Part shown: positions 45,638-56,255 of the stretch, piece by piece
How the letters are laid out: each line of letters opens with the position of its first letter
Position numbering within the stretch: position 1 is the stretch's first letter
Origin: an uncultured Chloroflexia bacterium
GTDB taxonomy: Bacteria > Chloroflexota > UBA6077 > JACCZL01
Assembly (NCBI GenBank): GCA_963765765.1
Contig: CAVXYC010000019.1
Coordinates: 96,001-160,000 of the forward strand
Reading direction: 5' to 3'
DNA length: 64,000 nucleotides
The notes under the pieces: generated by a model
Told to the model about the DNA's origin: nothing
Seen by the model: only the letters and a program-made list of their open reading frames with translations
Databases searched by the model: none
Made by a program: the position numbers and the translations under genes

Positions 45638-46717
45638 ATGGCGGCGACGGACTTCACCGACGAGACAAGTTTACTCGATTCTTCATTGATTGCCACACTG
45701 AGGCCATACCTCAATGACGAGCAGTCTGATTCCGGCTGGAATATGTACCCGTCGCTCACGTCGCCTGAGGTCGAGCACGACCTGATCGAGGTCACTGACG
45801 ACGAGGATCAGTCCGATACGCCGATCGCGGTCTACCTGCGCGATATCCGCCGATTCCCGCTGCTTACTGCCGAGCAGGAAGTTCAGCTTGCGAAGGACCT
45901 CGAGGCGGGCGAACTGGCGCGGGAAGGGCTCCAGGAAGAAAAGTTCGCCGTGGGAGAGCTGGGGCAGCTCGAGGGTGCTTTCCACCGCGGCGAGGCCGCT
46001 CGCCGCCGCCTCACGGAGTCCAACCTGCGACTGGTGGTCAGTGTGGCGCGCAAGTACATGGGCCGTGGACTGCCCCTGCTGGATCTGATCCAGGAGGGCA
46101 ATATCGGCCTCGGACGCGCAGTCGAGAAGTACGACTACACCAAGGGCTACCGCTTTAGCACGTACGCCTACTGGTGGATTCGTCAGGCCGTCACCCGGGC
46201 GATTGCCGACCAGGCGCGCACGGTGCGCGTACCGGTGCACATGATCGAGCTCATCGGTGATGTCTACAAGGCCGCCCGCGATCTCCAGCAGAATATGGGT
46301 CGTGAGCCCGATCCGGACGAGATTGCCGAGCACATGGGTACCACGGGCGAGCGTGTACGGCAGATCCTGCGGGCGGCGCGCCAGCCGATCTCGCTGGAGA
46401 CGCCCGTCGGTGAAGAGGAAGAGTCCACCATCGCGGACTTCGTGGTGGACCGCCAGGCGGCCTCCCCGGAGGAGTCTGCAGATCGCGCGGGGCTCTGTGA
46501 CTCGATCGAAGAGGTGCTTGGCGAGCTCAGCCCGCGAGAGCAGCTTGTGTTGAAGATGCGTTTCGGGATTGGGAGCGATCGCGAGGCGACTCTCGGCGAA
46601 GTGGGCATTGAGCTTGGAGTGAGCCGAGAGCGTGCGCGTCAGATCGAGGCGGAAGCGCTTGCCAAGCTGCGTACTGCGCGTGTGCGCCGCAAGCTGCGTG
46701 AGTACGTGGCGGCGTAA
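45638..46717 (+). CDS. RNA polymerase sigma-70 factor, RpoD-like (group 1/2)
   Basis: YLRDI...[62 protein letters not shown]. Confidence 0.93.
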   Translation: MAATDFTDETSLLDSSLIATLRPYLNDEQSDSGWNMYPSLTSPEVEHDLIEVTDDEDQSDTPIAVYLRDIRRFPLLTAEQEVQLAKDLEAGELAREGLQEEKFAVGELGQLEGAFHRGEAARRRLTESNLRLVVSVARKYMGRGLPLLDLIQEGNIGLGRAVEKYDYTKGYRFSTYAYWWIRQAVTRAIADQARTVRVPVHMIELIGDVYKAARDLQQNMGREPDPDEIAEHMGTTGERVRQILRAARQPISLETPVGEEEESTIADFVVDRQAASPEESADRAGLCDSIEEVLGELSPREQLVLKMRFGIGSDREATLGEVGIELGVSRERARQIEAEALAKLRTARVRRKLREYVAA

Positions 46718-46736
46718 CGACCACCCACAAAAGCTC

Positions 46737-46762
46737 AAAGGGACCCAAATGGGTCCCTTTTT
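46737..46762 (+). terminator. Intrinsic terminator
   Basis: AAAGGGACCC-aaat-GGGTCCCTTTTT, 20 bp after the sigma stop. Confidence 0.85.
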
Positions 46763-46889
46763 CGTAGCCTCGTAGTTTAGTGGCGTTGCGCCCACCGCCC
46801 CACGATATCCGTTCGTTCGGACGCATTTTTCACGAGCCTGAGGATACCGCCGGGCGCGGAGCGCAAGACCACTGCAACAGGGGAACAGG

Positions 46890-47360
46890 CTATCGCCTGA
46901 GCGTGGCAGTGATTCGCATGGGGTTCAGCAGCAGGTCGAGTGCTTCCGTGATGCCACGAGCGAGAATGTCCGCGGCCTGATGTGCCGACGAGGCGAGACC
47001 CTCTTCGCCCAGCACGGCAATGCCCACAGCGGCAGACATCAACATATCCACGTCGTTCTCACCATTGCCGATGGCGGCGACAGTCGCGGCCCCCAGAGCG
47101 CGGACATATCGACCCTTTTGGTCGGATTCATACCCAGGACTGATACGTACGGCTGTCGTCCCGAGGGCCACGTCAATCGCTGTCTGATTGCCAAGCGTGT
47201 TGGCGGTGATGACGTGAAGCTGCACCGAGTTGGCTAGCAGACGAAGCCGCTCGGGAACGCCCGGAATAAGCTTCCCGTCCAGAGCCAGCGTTCCATTGAC
47301 GTCCAATACCAGGTGACGAATCTCGTACTCGTGGAGACCAGGAATCGCGATGCGAATCAT
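46890..47360 (-). CDS. Soluble P-type-ATPase-like HAD phosphatase
   Basis: VLDVNGTLA, ITANT.G, K, IGNGEND..ML..A.VGI, RITATLRR. Confidence 0.82.
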   Translation of the reverse strand: MIRIAIPGLHEYEIRHLVLDVNGTLALDGKLIPGVPERLRLLANSVQLHVITANTLGNQTAIDVALGTTAVRISPGYESDQKGRYVRALGAATVAAIGNGENDVDMLMSAAVGIAVLGEEGLASSAHQAADILARGITEALDLLLNPMRITATLRR

Positions 47361-47449
47361 TCTCAGGTCAACTTTCCCTCGAGCGTTCGTCGGGGTGGTT
47401 GTACCATGGCTCAGGAGACGTTGAAGTAGCAATGGAAAGTTTGGAGCTC

Positions 47450-47767
47450 ATGGACAAACAGTTCGTGGAGGTGGCACGAATGCGGGATCTGCCGCCGGGC
47501 ACCGTGACGATTGCTGTTCACGGCCGAGATCGCGTGGCCCTCACAAATGTAGATGGGCATGTCTACGGTTTGGCTACGGCCTGTACGCACGCTGGCGCGT
47601 CGCTAGCGAAGGGGCGACTCGATGGGTTTCTCCTGCAGTGCCCCCTGCACTGCTCCCAATTCGACGTGCGGTCTGGCCGCCCCCAAAACCCACCGGCAAT
47701 CGATCCTGTCCGAACGTACGAAGTGCGCGTGGAAGGTGACCGCATTCTACTGGGCGTAATCGACTAA
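47450..47767 (+). CDS. Rieske-type [2Fe-2S] ferredoxin
   Basis: CTHAG..L...CPLHCSQFDVRSG, ~105 aa. Confidence 0.88.
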   Translation: MDKQFVEVARMRDLPPGTVTIAVHGRDRVALTNVDGHVYGLATACTHAGASLAKGRLDGFLLQCPLHCSQFDVRSGRPQNPPAIDPVRTYEVRVEGDRILLGVID

Positions 47768-47782
47768 GCCTGGTTCGGATCT

Positions 47783-47906
47783 GGGACGACCGACATCCTG
47801 TCGGCTCGGCCTATCGGGGCCGCCTCGCGGACACCACAGCAGTCGGCATCGATGTCCACTTCCGGCGGCCCTTTGGGGGCCGGGCCGACAAGATGTCGGC
47901 GGTCTC
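47783..47906. repeat. REP-like inverted pair
   Basis: GGGACGACCGACATCCTGTCGGCTCGGCC versus GGCCGGGCCGACAAGATGTCGGCGGTCTC; each arm has a CCGACA..TGTCGG palindrome. Confidence 0.6.
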
Positions 47907-47937
47907 GAGTTAGACCTCGACATATAATCCAATTACG

Positions 47938-48696
47938 ATGCTTACGTACGTTCTGGGCGACGCGGATAGGCCCCGCGGTCACGCATTGGTGTACTTCCGA
48001 AACCCCATGAATGACGATGAGGTCTTTGCCAGCTATATCGTCGTCCCGCCTGTCCAGATGGATTTCGCTAAGTACGTGCCGCCGATGTTTGCTGGACAGT
48101 TCGACCAATTCATGTCACAGGGCCCGTCGGCGTTTCCTCTGCCGCCTATTCCTGAGTCCGTTCCAAGCCTGGAGCACTTGAGGTCGCTAGCTACGATTCG
48201 AGATGACGACCTGATCGATGGCGGCACGCTTGATCCCAAGGACCTGGGACGCGCCATGGCAGCGGTTGGCGATATCGCCGGTGAATACACTCAGGCGCAT
48301 CTACGGCTCGTTGACGACATCTCCGAGGGGCCTCCCCCAACAGAACCGCAGAACGCATTTCCAGCGCTGGATCCTGACGACATCCTTCTCGACGTGTTAA
48401 CGGATGTGGAGAAAGTGGGTCGGCTGGCAAAGCTCACGGGCACGCTCCGATACGCGGTAGGAGGCTCGGACGAGGAATTATCCCGAGAAACTGTCGAGTC
48501 GATGCGCAAGATCGGCCGTCGTCTACCGGATCATTACCGCGTGGAAGAGCTACTGAGCGCGGCGCAATCGAACGATGCTGAGGCGGATCAGCTCGTTGGA
48601 CTGTATGTGGAGCGCTGCTATCGACTTGCCAGGGAAGAGCTCGAGTCCATCGCCTCGCTCGACGAGCGTATAAGCAGCATGCGGAGCTCTGACTAG
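47938..48696 (+). CDS. Conserved hypothetical protein
   Basis: 252-aa ORF (GDADRPRGHALVYFR..., KLTGTLRYAV, acidic helical C-terminus); TATAAT at 47923-47928 suggests a near-leaderless transcript. Confidence 0.7.
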   Translation: MLTYVLGDADRPRGHALVYFRNPMNDDEVFASYIVVPPVQMDFAKYVPPMFAGQFDQFMSQGPSAFPLPPIPESVPSLEHLRSLATIRDDDLIDGGTLDPKDLGRAMAAVGDIAGEYTQAHLRLVDDISEGPPPTEPQNAFPALDPDDILLDVLTDVEKVGRLAKLTGTLRYAVGGSDEELSRETVESMRKIGRRLPDHYRVEELLSAAQSNDAEADQLVGLYVERCYRLAREELESIASLDERISSMRSSD

Positions 48697-49415
48697 AGGG
48701 ATGAAGCACGGCGGCTGCCGAGCAGCTCGCCGAGCTCCGCTAGTCCGGCTTCGGATCCGATCTCATAGAAGCGCTGAGTGATCTCGTAGCCCGCCATGTT
48801 CCCGCTGCTAGCCAATGAGGTATAGAGGTCGGCGAGATCGGAGGCTCCCCTTGCCGGAATCTTTTCAATAGCCGATCTGCGTAAAAGCGTCGCGCCGTAG
48901 TCGATGTAGCGCATGGCGGGATCGGGGTTACGCTTGTCATAACGCTCGACGCGTTGTCCATCGAACACGACGTTGCTCGTATCCCACTGGCCCTCATTGC
49001 GGAACACGGTCATGAGCGCTGGCTCGCCGCGTGACGCGAAGACTTCGGCCACCGCCGAGTAGTCGAAATCGAGATACGAGTCGCCATAGAGCACCCAGCA
49101 GACATCACCCAGGAGTGTCTGAGCGTCGCGTATCGCGCCGGCAGTACCCTGGAGAACAGGGCCATCGTAGGCATAGCTCACTTTGATGCCGAACTGAGAG
49201 CCGTCACCGACGTAGTCTTCGATCTGCTGGCCGAAGTGGCCGATGCACAGCACGACTCGTCGGGTTCCATGCTTGTGAAGCAGCTCGAGCTGGTGGTCGA
49301 TGAAGGGCCTGCCGGCTACGTCCATGAGCGCTTTGGGCCGATCAGCCGTCAGAGCACCGAGACGAGTAGCTTTACCGCCGGCGAGGATCGCTACGGGAGT
49401 ATCGTTCATAGTCAT
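48693..49415 (-). CDS. Sugar-phosphate nucleotidyltransferase (NTP_transferase)
   Basis: ILAGGKATRLG...PKAL, GTAGAI, LYGDSY, FYEIGS. Confidence 0.88.
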   Translation of the reverse strand: MTMNDTPVAILAGGKATRLGALTADRPKALMDVAGRPFIDHQLELLHKHGTRRVVLCIGHFGQQIEDYVGDGSQFGIKVSYAYDGPVLQGTAGAIRDAQTLLGDVCWVLYGDSYLDFDYSAVAEVFASRGEPALMTVFRNEGQWDTSNVVFDGQRVERYDKRNPDPAMRYIDYGATLLRRSAIEKIPARGASDLADLYTSLASSGNMAGYEITQRFYEIGSEAGLAELGELLGSRRASSL

Positions 49416-49543
49416 TCGTTGTCAGCTTGGAGGCGGAGAAACTGTACCGTACCGAGGTCGCTGGCCGTCTCCTGGCTGACTGAATTCGCGCCAACAATTC
49501 GCCTCGCGCCCGCGCTCGCCGTTACACTGTCTCGCGTCGCCGC

Positions 49544-50314
49544 ATGTTACTTCCTTCACTTTCCATCGTTACCCTGACCTACAACGAGGCACCTATCATC
49601 GATGAGGTGGTGGATGCGTTGCTTGCTGCCGGCGAAGCGGTGACAAGCGATCTCGAGCTGGTCATCGTGACGTTTGAGGGGTCGACTGACGGTACCAATG
49701 ATCTGGTGAGGACTCGGGCAGAGCGAGATGCACGTATCAAGCCGGTGGTCCAATCGGCCGCGCTTCCGGGCTACGGGCGTGCGTTTGTGCTCGGATGCCA
49801 GGCAGCCACAAAGTCATGGATCTTCCAGACGGATGCCGACGGCCAGTTCGACTACTCGGACCTTCAGCGCGCAGCGACGTACGCGGGCGATCACGACTTC
49901 ATTCACTTCAACCGCGCCCATCGGAAGGACAGCCTTGAGCGTGTCATCATCGGTAGAGCATTCCGATTCCTGGTGCACATACTGATACCCTCGCCGGACA
50001 TGGATTACGATGCTGCCTTCAAGCTGTTCCGTCGTGACCGCATCAGCCAGATGGAGCTGAAGTGCGAGAGCGGCACGGTGGTGCCCGAGTTCATTTGCAA
50101 GACCTGGCTAGATGGGGCGCGCATCCATATTGGCAATACGGAGCACCGTCACCGTCTGGCAGGAGAGCCGGTCTGGGTAGAGCGTAAATGGTACATGCCC
50201 GTGGCACTTCCACGTCTGGATATCATCGTCGCGAATATTCGGGATATTCTCTTTCTCCGTAACGAGATTCTCGCCTACCGTCAGGCTCTCGTCTCCCGTC
50301 CGGCGACGAACTAG
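49544..50314 (+). CDS. Glycosyltransferase family 2
   Basis: LSIVTLTYNE, GSTDGT, GYGRA, QTDADGQFD, DYDAAFKLFRR. Confidence 0.85.
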   Translation: MLLPSLSIVTLTYNEAPIIDEVVDALLAAGEAVTSDLELVIVTFEGSTDGTNDLVRTRAERDARIKPVVQSAALPGYGRAFVLGCQAATKSWIFQTDADGQFDYSDLQRAATYAGDHDFIHFNRAHRKDSLERVIIGRAFRFLVHILIPSPDMDYDAAFKLFRRDRISQMELKCESGTVVPEFICKTWLDGARIHIGNTEHRHRLAGEPVWVERKWYMPVALPRLDIIVANIRDILFLRNEILAYRQALVSRPATN

Positions 50315-50347
50315 TGGTCGATGATGCACGGCCTACCTCACTGGCCC

Positions 50348-50447
50348 GCCTGGGACCGCGGGTCCGCCCAGAGCTCATTGTTCACTCAAGCCCGGCGCAA
50401 TTCAGGCCCATATCGTTGGGACGGGCGGCACGCCCGCGGTCCCAGGC
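50348..50447. repeat. REP-like inverted pair
   Basis: GCCTGGGACCGCGGG(T)CCGCCC ... GGGCGGCACGCCCGCGGTCCCAGGC, 15-bp perfect outer arms. Confidence 0.65.
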
Positions 50448-50478
50448 CGTGTCGCTCAGGCCGGCGGGGCGCTGAATC

Positions 50479-51456
50479 TTGCCCCAGTCGTCATTAGGGC
50501 GAGTCGCGATTACTGGAGGCGCCGGTTTTATCGGCAGCCACCTTGTGGATGCATGCGTAGCCCGAGGGTCACAGGTCTCGGTTATCGACAACCTCAGCGT
50601 TGGTCGAGCTGACAATATTGCCCAACATGTAAGAGATGGACGAGTGACCCTCACTCGAGGGGATGTCCTCGATCCGTTTTTGCTCAAATCAGCGCTAACC
50701 GGCGCGGATGTCGTCGTTCATCTGGCGGCCAACCCCGACGCCCGTTGGGGACTGGAGAATCCTGCCATCGACCTGGAGCTGGAGGTGATCTCCACGTTTC
50801 AGGTGCTGGAGGCCATGCGTACTCTGGGTATCAAGCGGATTGTTTTGGCGTCGTCTGGGACGGTTTACGGAGATGTCGGTGCTCTAGCTATTGATGAAGC
50901 TTACGGCCCGTGCCAGCCCGTCTCGCTGTACGCAGCGGGAAAGGTGGCCGCGGAAGCGTTCATTTCCGCCTACAGTAGCTCATTTGGCATCCAGGGGCTT
51001 ATCTGCCGATTCGGCAATGTAATTGGTGAGCGAGCGACCCACGGTGCGCTTTTCGACTTCGTGAACAAGCTCGAGCAGGATAGCCGGGCGCTCGAAGTAC
51101 TGGGTAACGGTCGCCAATCCAAGCCGTACATCGAGGTCAAGGACCTGGTGCAGGGCCTGATCTTCGCCGTGGAGCATGCACCCGGCCCATACGACGTCTT
51201 CAATATTGCGCCGGTGGGGGCAACGTCTGTCGCCACGCTGGCGCAAACGCTACTCGATGAGCTTGGGCTAACTGAGACTGTGATCCAATTCGGAGAGAGT
51301 GATGCCGGCTGGCCCGGCGATGTGCCGCAAAGCCGCATGGATCCGTCCAAGCTGGAGCGATTGGGTTGGACACCCCGGTACTCCTCCGACGAGGCGGTTC
51401 GCGAGGGAGTCCGTGATCTCGTACGGAGCCTCAATCTCCGTGAACGAATCGGCTAG
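50479..51456 (+). CDS. NAD-dependent epimerase/dehydratase (UDP-glucose 4-epimerase-like)
   Basis: TGGAGFIGSHL, HLAANPD, ASSGTVYG, YAAGK, GWPGDV. Confidence 0.88.
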   Translation: MPQSSLGRVAITGGAGFIGSHLVDACVARGSQVSVIDNLSVGRADNIAQHVRDGRVTLTRGDVLDPFLLKSALTGADVVVHLAANPDARWGLENPAIDLELEVISTFQVLEAMRTLGIKRIVLASSGTVYGDVGALAIDEAYGPCQPVSLYAAGKVAAEAFISAYSSSFGIQGLICRFGNVIGERATHGALFDFVNKLEQDSRALEVLGNGRQSKPYIEVKDLVQGLIFAVEHAPGPYDVFNIAPVGATSVATLAQTLLDELGLTETVIQFGESDAGWPGDVPQSRMDPSKLERLGWTPRYSSDEAVREGVRDLVRSLNLRERIG

Positions 51457-51515
51457 TCTCCTGACTCTGCATTTTGCGAGGGTATGACGGCAAGAGCGCG
51501 TAGACTCGAAGGGGA

Positions 51516-53003
51516 ATGAGTACCGCGGCCTCTGCACGGAGCGAGCAGGCGCAAGCATTCGGCGGCCTGCGCCTACTGAGCGTCATACCGGTTCTTATCG
51601 GATGCCTGCTCAGCGTGCTCTTTTTCAGTGTCGCTCTGCGCGGCATTACGTCTATTGCGCCCACCACGAACGCCGAGGGAAATCAGTTTCACGGCACGCT
51701 ACGCGTTCAATCGGGAGATGCGCTGTATCTCAATTTTCACGAATTCCCGTCCATCGTAACGCCGTACACCCCGCTCTATTACGTAGCGACCGGGCTCGCG
51801 AGTCGAGTCTTCTCGCTAGACCTTCCCGAGACGCTTGCCTTCGCGCGCGCGATTACGCTTCTGGCTGCTTGCGGTGTTGTCGGGATGATTCACGCCCTGG
51901 CGCGGACGAATGGAGCGAGTCAACTCGCCGCGCTCACTTCGGCGAGCCTATTCCTGCCGTTGCCTTTTCTCGATCGATGGGCATTCACCAGTCGGCCGGA
52001 CATGCTGGCCATTCTGCTCAGTCTCATCGCGGCCTGGATAGCACTCCGCTGGCCCCAACGATCCTCTGTTGCCGCCATTGTGGCCGTCGTTGCGTTTTTT
52101 ACGAAGCAGACGAGCATCGCTGTACCCGCCGCCATCACCCTTTGGCTCTGGTTCGGTGGAAATCGGCGCTCGGCGATCACGTTTGTGGCCACCTGGCTCG
52201 CTTGTGTTGTTCCAACCGTGTTTGCGTTGAATGCTCTTACCAAAGGTAATTTTCTTCTCAACGTTTTCTACGCGCACCTCAACCCAACCAATGGCTTCGA
52301 TGCCGCGCTGCGCACGATTCTGGACCTTCCGACGTTCGCCTGGCCCATGCTGCTCCTTGCTGCCATCAGTGTGGCTTTGGAGCTTCGAGAGCGAAAGCTC
52401 GGTCTCGCTAGCATCTATTGGCTCATCGCCCTAGCCGTCTTGTTCTATACGCTCCGGGGGCGTGGCGCGGCCGAGAACTACTTCATAGAGTCCAGCGCGC
52501 TGACCTGCGTTCTCGCCGCATCAATCCTGAGTAAGGTGTTGCGACCAGCCAGTAGAGTCTTACCTGCCACATCGATGTTGGCGGTCAGCGTCGCACTTGC
52601 CATATGGGGTTGGCAGATGTGGGGATACTGGCGCGAGGGGGGCGAGTTAGAGCTGGATCGCCCCACACAAGTGCCGGAGGTTGCGCGCGCTGAGCGCATC
52701 TGGGCTGAGGAGCCTAGCCTGGTGGTCTTTGCCGGTAAGCCCTTGCTCGTGTCCGACCCGTTCTTGCTGAGCCAGATGACTGAGGCTGGGCATTTCGATC
52801 CCACGTTCCTGGCAGATCGCGTACGGGCACGCTATTTCGACCTCATCCTGGTGCGAGGAGACGTGCGGCAGCCGCGTTATCTCAACGGCCAGTTGAAATG
52901 GCCTGAGCCCGTTCTGAAAGCGGTGGCTGAGTTCTACCAGCGACAGGGAACGCGCGGACCCTACTGGGTGTACGTGCCAGATCGGCCACGTTCAGCGAGC
53001 TGA
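51516..53003 (+). CDS. Polytopic GT-C-like membrane glycosyltransferase
   Basis: ~12 TM helices; AEG, YTPLYY, RPDML, FFTKQT motifs. Confidence 0.65.
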   Translation: MSTAASARSEQAQAFGGLRLLSVIPVLIGCLLSVLFFSVALRGITSIAPTTNAEGNQFHGTLRVQSGDALYLNFHEFPSIVTPYTPLYYVATGLASRVFSLDLPETLAFARAITLLAACGVVGMIHALARTNGASQLAALTSASLFLPLPFLDRWAFTSRPDMLAILLSLIAAWIALRWPQRSSVAAIVAVVAFFTKQTSIAVPAAITLWLWFGGNRRSAITFVATWLACVVPTVFALNALTKGNFLLNVFYAHLNPTNGFDAALRTILDLPTFAWPMLLLAAISVALELRERKLGLASIYWLIALAVLFYTLRGRGAAENYFIESSALTCVLAASILSKVLRPASRVLPATSMLAVSVALAIWGWQMWGYWREGGELELDRPTQVPEVARAERIWAEEPSLVVFAGKPLLVSDPFLLSQMTEAGHFDPTFLADRVRARYFDLILVRGDVRQPRYLNGQLKWPEPVLKAVAEFYQRQGTRGPYWVYVPDRPRSAS

Positions 53004-54853
53004 GCCACGAACAATCTGAATAGGCGGAAGCTCAAGTGTGGTCTCCGTGGAGCTTTTTCGGTCGACTCCCAATGTTAGCTCTGCTCCGTCTCGATCGACT
53101 AGCTCAAGCCGCGGTGTGGCGCGACTGGGTTGCAGGCCCGCGGGGATGGGAATCTCATATTGCACCATGCGTCGAGCGCCTGGAGGCCATGCCATCACTG
53201 GCTTGTCTGGCGAAAACGGCAGTGTTTCTGAGATCAGCATTTCGCCGCTCGTCGCAAGCTCTATCTGAACGGACTCGATATCCCTCAGCTCATCCGCTAG
53301 CTCCCAGAGCACCCTGAGCCGCCAGATGTCTCCAGAGCGAACTTGCCCGCTGTAGTCAATCGCCCTGGCGGAAATGGCATTTTCAAAGCTGGCGTCGGTG
53401 AGTATGCGCATTCCCGGGATGCCATGCGGGTCGAATGTTGCCGCGTCTTCACGCATCCAGAGCGATTGGCCGGGTCGGTTTTGCCACACGCGACTGTAGT
53501 GATCTCGCAGCATCGCTGGGTACGACTCGAGTGACCCAGAATCGAGCCGCCCGAGCCAGAATAGGATCGCGGCTGGTTGATATTTCTGGGTCTGATCGGC
53601 GGCAAAGTCGGTACTGATTCGCCCGGTGCTCAATCTCACTCCGCTCAAATCCACCAATCCAGGAACGATCACGCGATCCGCCATCAATGCAATGGCCGGG
53701 ATGTCGGTCAGCACGTAGTCATCGGGGCTGGTTGCTGCGCGAAGTGCCGTCGCGGCTTCGGCGAGCTCACCGCTACCTTCCAGATCCGTCCAACGCTCGA
53801 TGTGGGCAGGGATGCCCGCAGCAATCGTGACGCCGATCACCAGTAGCGGCATACCTTGCCTGATCCACGGCTTCCAACCGACCGAGCAACGAGCCCCACT
53901 CCTGACGCGAGCAAGGCCATAGGGAGGAGTAACGCGGCGCTATGTCTCGCGAAGAGCGGCTGGTGCGCCGCTAGAAGCGTCACCGTTCCAATGAGCCAGA
54001 CGATCAGAATGATGGCCGTCCCGCGTGCGGCGCGTGCAAGAAGAATGGCGCCAACGAAGGCAGCAAACATCGCCCCCAGATCATCGCGCAGTCCCCGGGC
54101 GATGATCGCCATAGACGAGCCTGGCGCTGCATTCGATGCATTGTGCGCCTCTGCGCGGTACACCACAAGCTGGTCCCAGAGCGCCGCGGGGCTGAACGGG
54201 ATGAGTGCCAGTACCAGGATCAGCGTGGTTCCCAGCGCGAGACTCAGGAGCAATATTGCTCGGCGACGCACGGACAATCTCGACGTCAGGAAGTAGCCAA
54301 GGACGGGTATCAATGCCGCCGGCATGAGCGCTTTGACCGCCAGACTTGCACCCAGAAGCGCGCCAGCGATAGCTCCCTGGACGGGCGTTGTCCCATTTCT
54401 CCACAGCACAGCCAGGCCTAGCGCTGTCAGGGAAATCGCCGGACCCTCTGCTAGTGCGTGTGAATCAAGATGCGTAACAAGCGGACTGGCTGCTACAACG
54501 GCCGCGCTTACCGCGGCGCCCCAGCTTCCCCCGATCCGGTAGCCGAGGAATGCCACTGCAGCCAGCCCAACTGAGCCCCAGAACGTGACGCCTAGCTGGA
54601 TGACCTCCAGCGATGGACCGGGGATGAGCGCGAAAGGCGCCAGCAGCATGAGGAACACTGGCCCCTGCGAGTAGAAGATCTCCTGGTAGAGCGCAGGTCC
54701 ACTTAGCCACAGCAAGAGCGTTTGCGCGTAGATGGTCTCGTCAAAATCGCCATATCCACGCGGCTCGATCAGACGCGATACGATACCGAGTAGCACAATA
54801 CCCAGCGCCGCCAGGATGCCGAGTGAGGGGCGGTGCACCTTGATTGGCATCAC
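52992..54853 (-). CDS. ArnT/GT39-like GT-C glycosyltransferase with extracellular C-terminal domain (frameshift near 53845)
   Basis: DFDETIY, LYQEIFYSQGP, AEGP, VKAL, many TMs; soluble C-terminal part in ORF 52992-53852. Confidence 0.7.
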
Positions 54854-54898
54854 CGGGAATGCGTCCCGTGACCGCCGCTGCGAAGGAGGCGTAGCCGA

Positions 54899-55195
54899 TT
54901 ATTTTCCGCGGTGAGGAGTTTGGTCAGGGTTCCACTCAGTTGTGTAGCGCAAAATGTGGTTCTGAGAGCATTGCGAGACCGCTTCCTTGCTGACCTCGAT
55001 GGTCAGCGTAGGACCATCGTCAATTGCGATCACGCGCGGCTCGCCAGCGTCGGGATTCCAGGCGGTGCAGGATACGGTACCGCCCGCGGACTGAGCTTGC
55101 TCCCGCCCGCGCGGTAAGTGCAGGTACATCATGCCTTGCCCAACGACGGATCCGGTCGCGGACCTGATCTCAGCATTTCCCTTTATGATGGCCAT
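54899..55195 (-). CDS. Small hypothetical protein
   Basis: 98-aa ORF with a strong AGGAGGAG RBS. Confidence 0.6.
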   Translation of the reverse strand: MAIIKGNAEIRSATGSVVGQGMMYLHLPRGREQAQSAGGTVSCTAWNPDAGEPRVIAIDDGPTLTIEVSKEAVSQCSQNHILRYTTEWNPDQTPHRGK

Positions 55196-55364
55196 GGCGC
55201 GACTCCTCCTGCCCGTGTCACCGCGTTTCAGAGTCTAGTCCGACCAGCATTGCGAGAGCCACGCGGTTGATGGCATCTGATACACTCCAGGCACCGTTTC
55301 TCTCAGCATCGGTGATGCAACCACTGAGATGGCGCATTCCCACAATGAGTCAGAGGGGGTATTC

Positions 55365-56084
55365 ATGGCAGTAAGCACCAAGAGGTTCGGACGCGACCTT
55401 TTGTCGCCAGATGAGTTGCTGGACGGACTCGAAGAGGTCCGCGCCCAATACGGGCCTCGGCAGCGAAAGATGCCTGAGACCGTCGAAGCCATTGCGGAAC
55501 AAAAGCGCAAAGGGCACCGCGGCGGCGATGGGAATCATCGTTTTGAGGGTGAGCGCTATCTGAACATCACGGACAACAAGGAAGCTCGCCGCTTCCAGTT
55601 GCGAAAGCTAGTGGACGAGGGTGGTCAGGATAGCGTCGGCGGTCCGATGCCGAGTCACCCAACGCTCCAGAGCTGGCACTCCATGGAGTTTGGCCTCACA
55701 CCGGAAGAAATCCATCAGCTCGAGATGGAGGACTTTACGCCGGAACAGCTCACGTATTTCGGCTGGTACTACTGGATGCACCGCACTGAAGAGTGGCCGG
55801 TGCTTCTGGGTAGCGCTCTGGTGGGAGAAGGCGAGAAGCGACTCCCGGAAGTGCGCGATCGCATGATTCGAGAACTCGACGAGGCACGTGAGCTCTACGA
55901 GAAGCTGGGCATCAAGAACATCGACCGAGCGATGCAGAACCAGCTCGAGCATTCACCCATTGGTGCTGATGACGATCACGTGGTCTTTGGCGAGAACATG
56001 ACTCGTGAGCATGTGAATACTCCGGAGCTTCAGGAAGCTTTGCGGAAGGCATTCGTCCTGCGGCTCCACCAGAACCGAGCTTAG
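55365..56084 (+). CDS. Heme-oxygenase-like (PqqC/TenA/CADD superfamily) protein with putative diiron ligands
   Basis: RRFQLRKLVDE...PSHP.L, W..LLGS.LVGEG, EH...DDDH; spacing resembles the E-H-E-H-D-H set of CADD. Confidence 0.65.
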   Translation: MAVSTKRFGRDLLSPDELLDGLEEVRAQYGPRQRKMPETVEAIAEQKRKGHRGGDGNHRFEGERYLNITDNKEARRFQLRKLVDEGGQDSVGGPMPSHPTLQSWHSMEFGLTPEEIHQLEMEDFTPEQLTYFGWYYWMHRTEEWPVLLGSALVGEGEKRLPEVRDRMIRELDEARELYEKLGIKNIDRAMQNQLEHSPIGADDDHVVFGENMTREHVNTPELQEALRKAFVLRLHQNRA

Positions 56085-56121
56085 CCTTAGCGAAGGTTCC
56101 ACGGCGGGGAATTCACCGACT

Positions 56122-56164
56122 ACGGCTCCGTCTCACCTAGAGATAGGATGAGAGACGGAGCCGT
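56122..56164. terminator. Hairpin between convergent genes
   Basis: ACGGCTCCGTCTC / GAGACGGAGCCGT, 13-bp perfect stem. Confidence 0.65.
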
Positions 56165-56255
56165 GATTCTTTCAAGTCCCGGCTTCTTCATCGAGGTCTC
56201 TCAGCTGCCTTCGCGAGACGTTCGGCTTGCCTCCAGACTCGACTGGCGGTCAGAT

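Noticed and set aside
45683-46795. 370-aa antisense ORF over the sigma factor (and similar long antisense ORFs over gyrA and the YsnF-like gene)
   Set aside because: Shadow ORFs expected from high-GC codon bias opposite well-conserved genes; no protein motifs.
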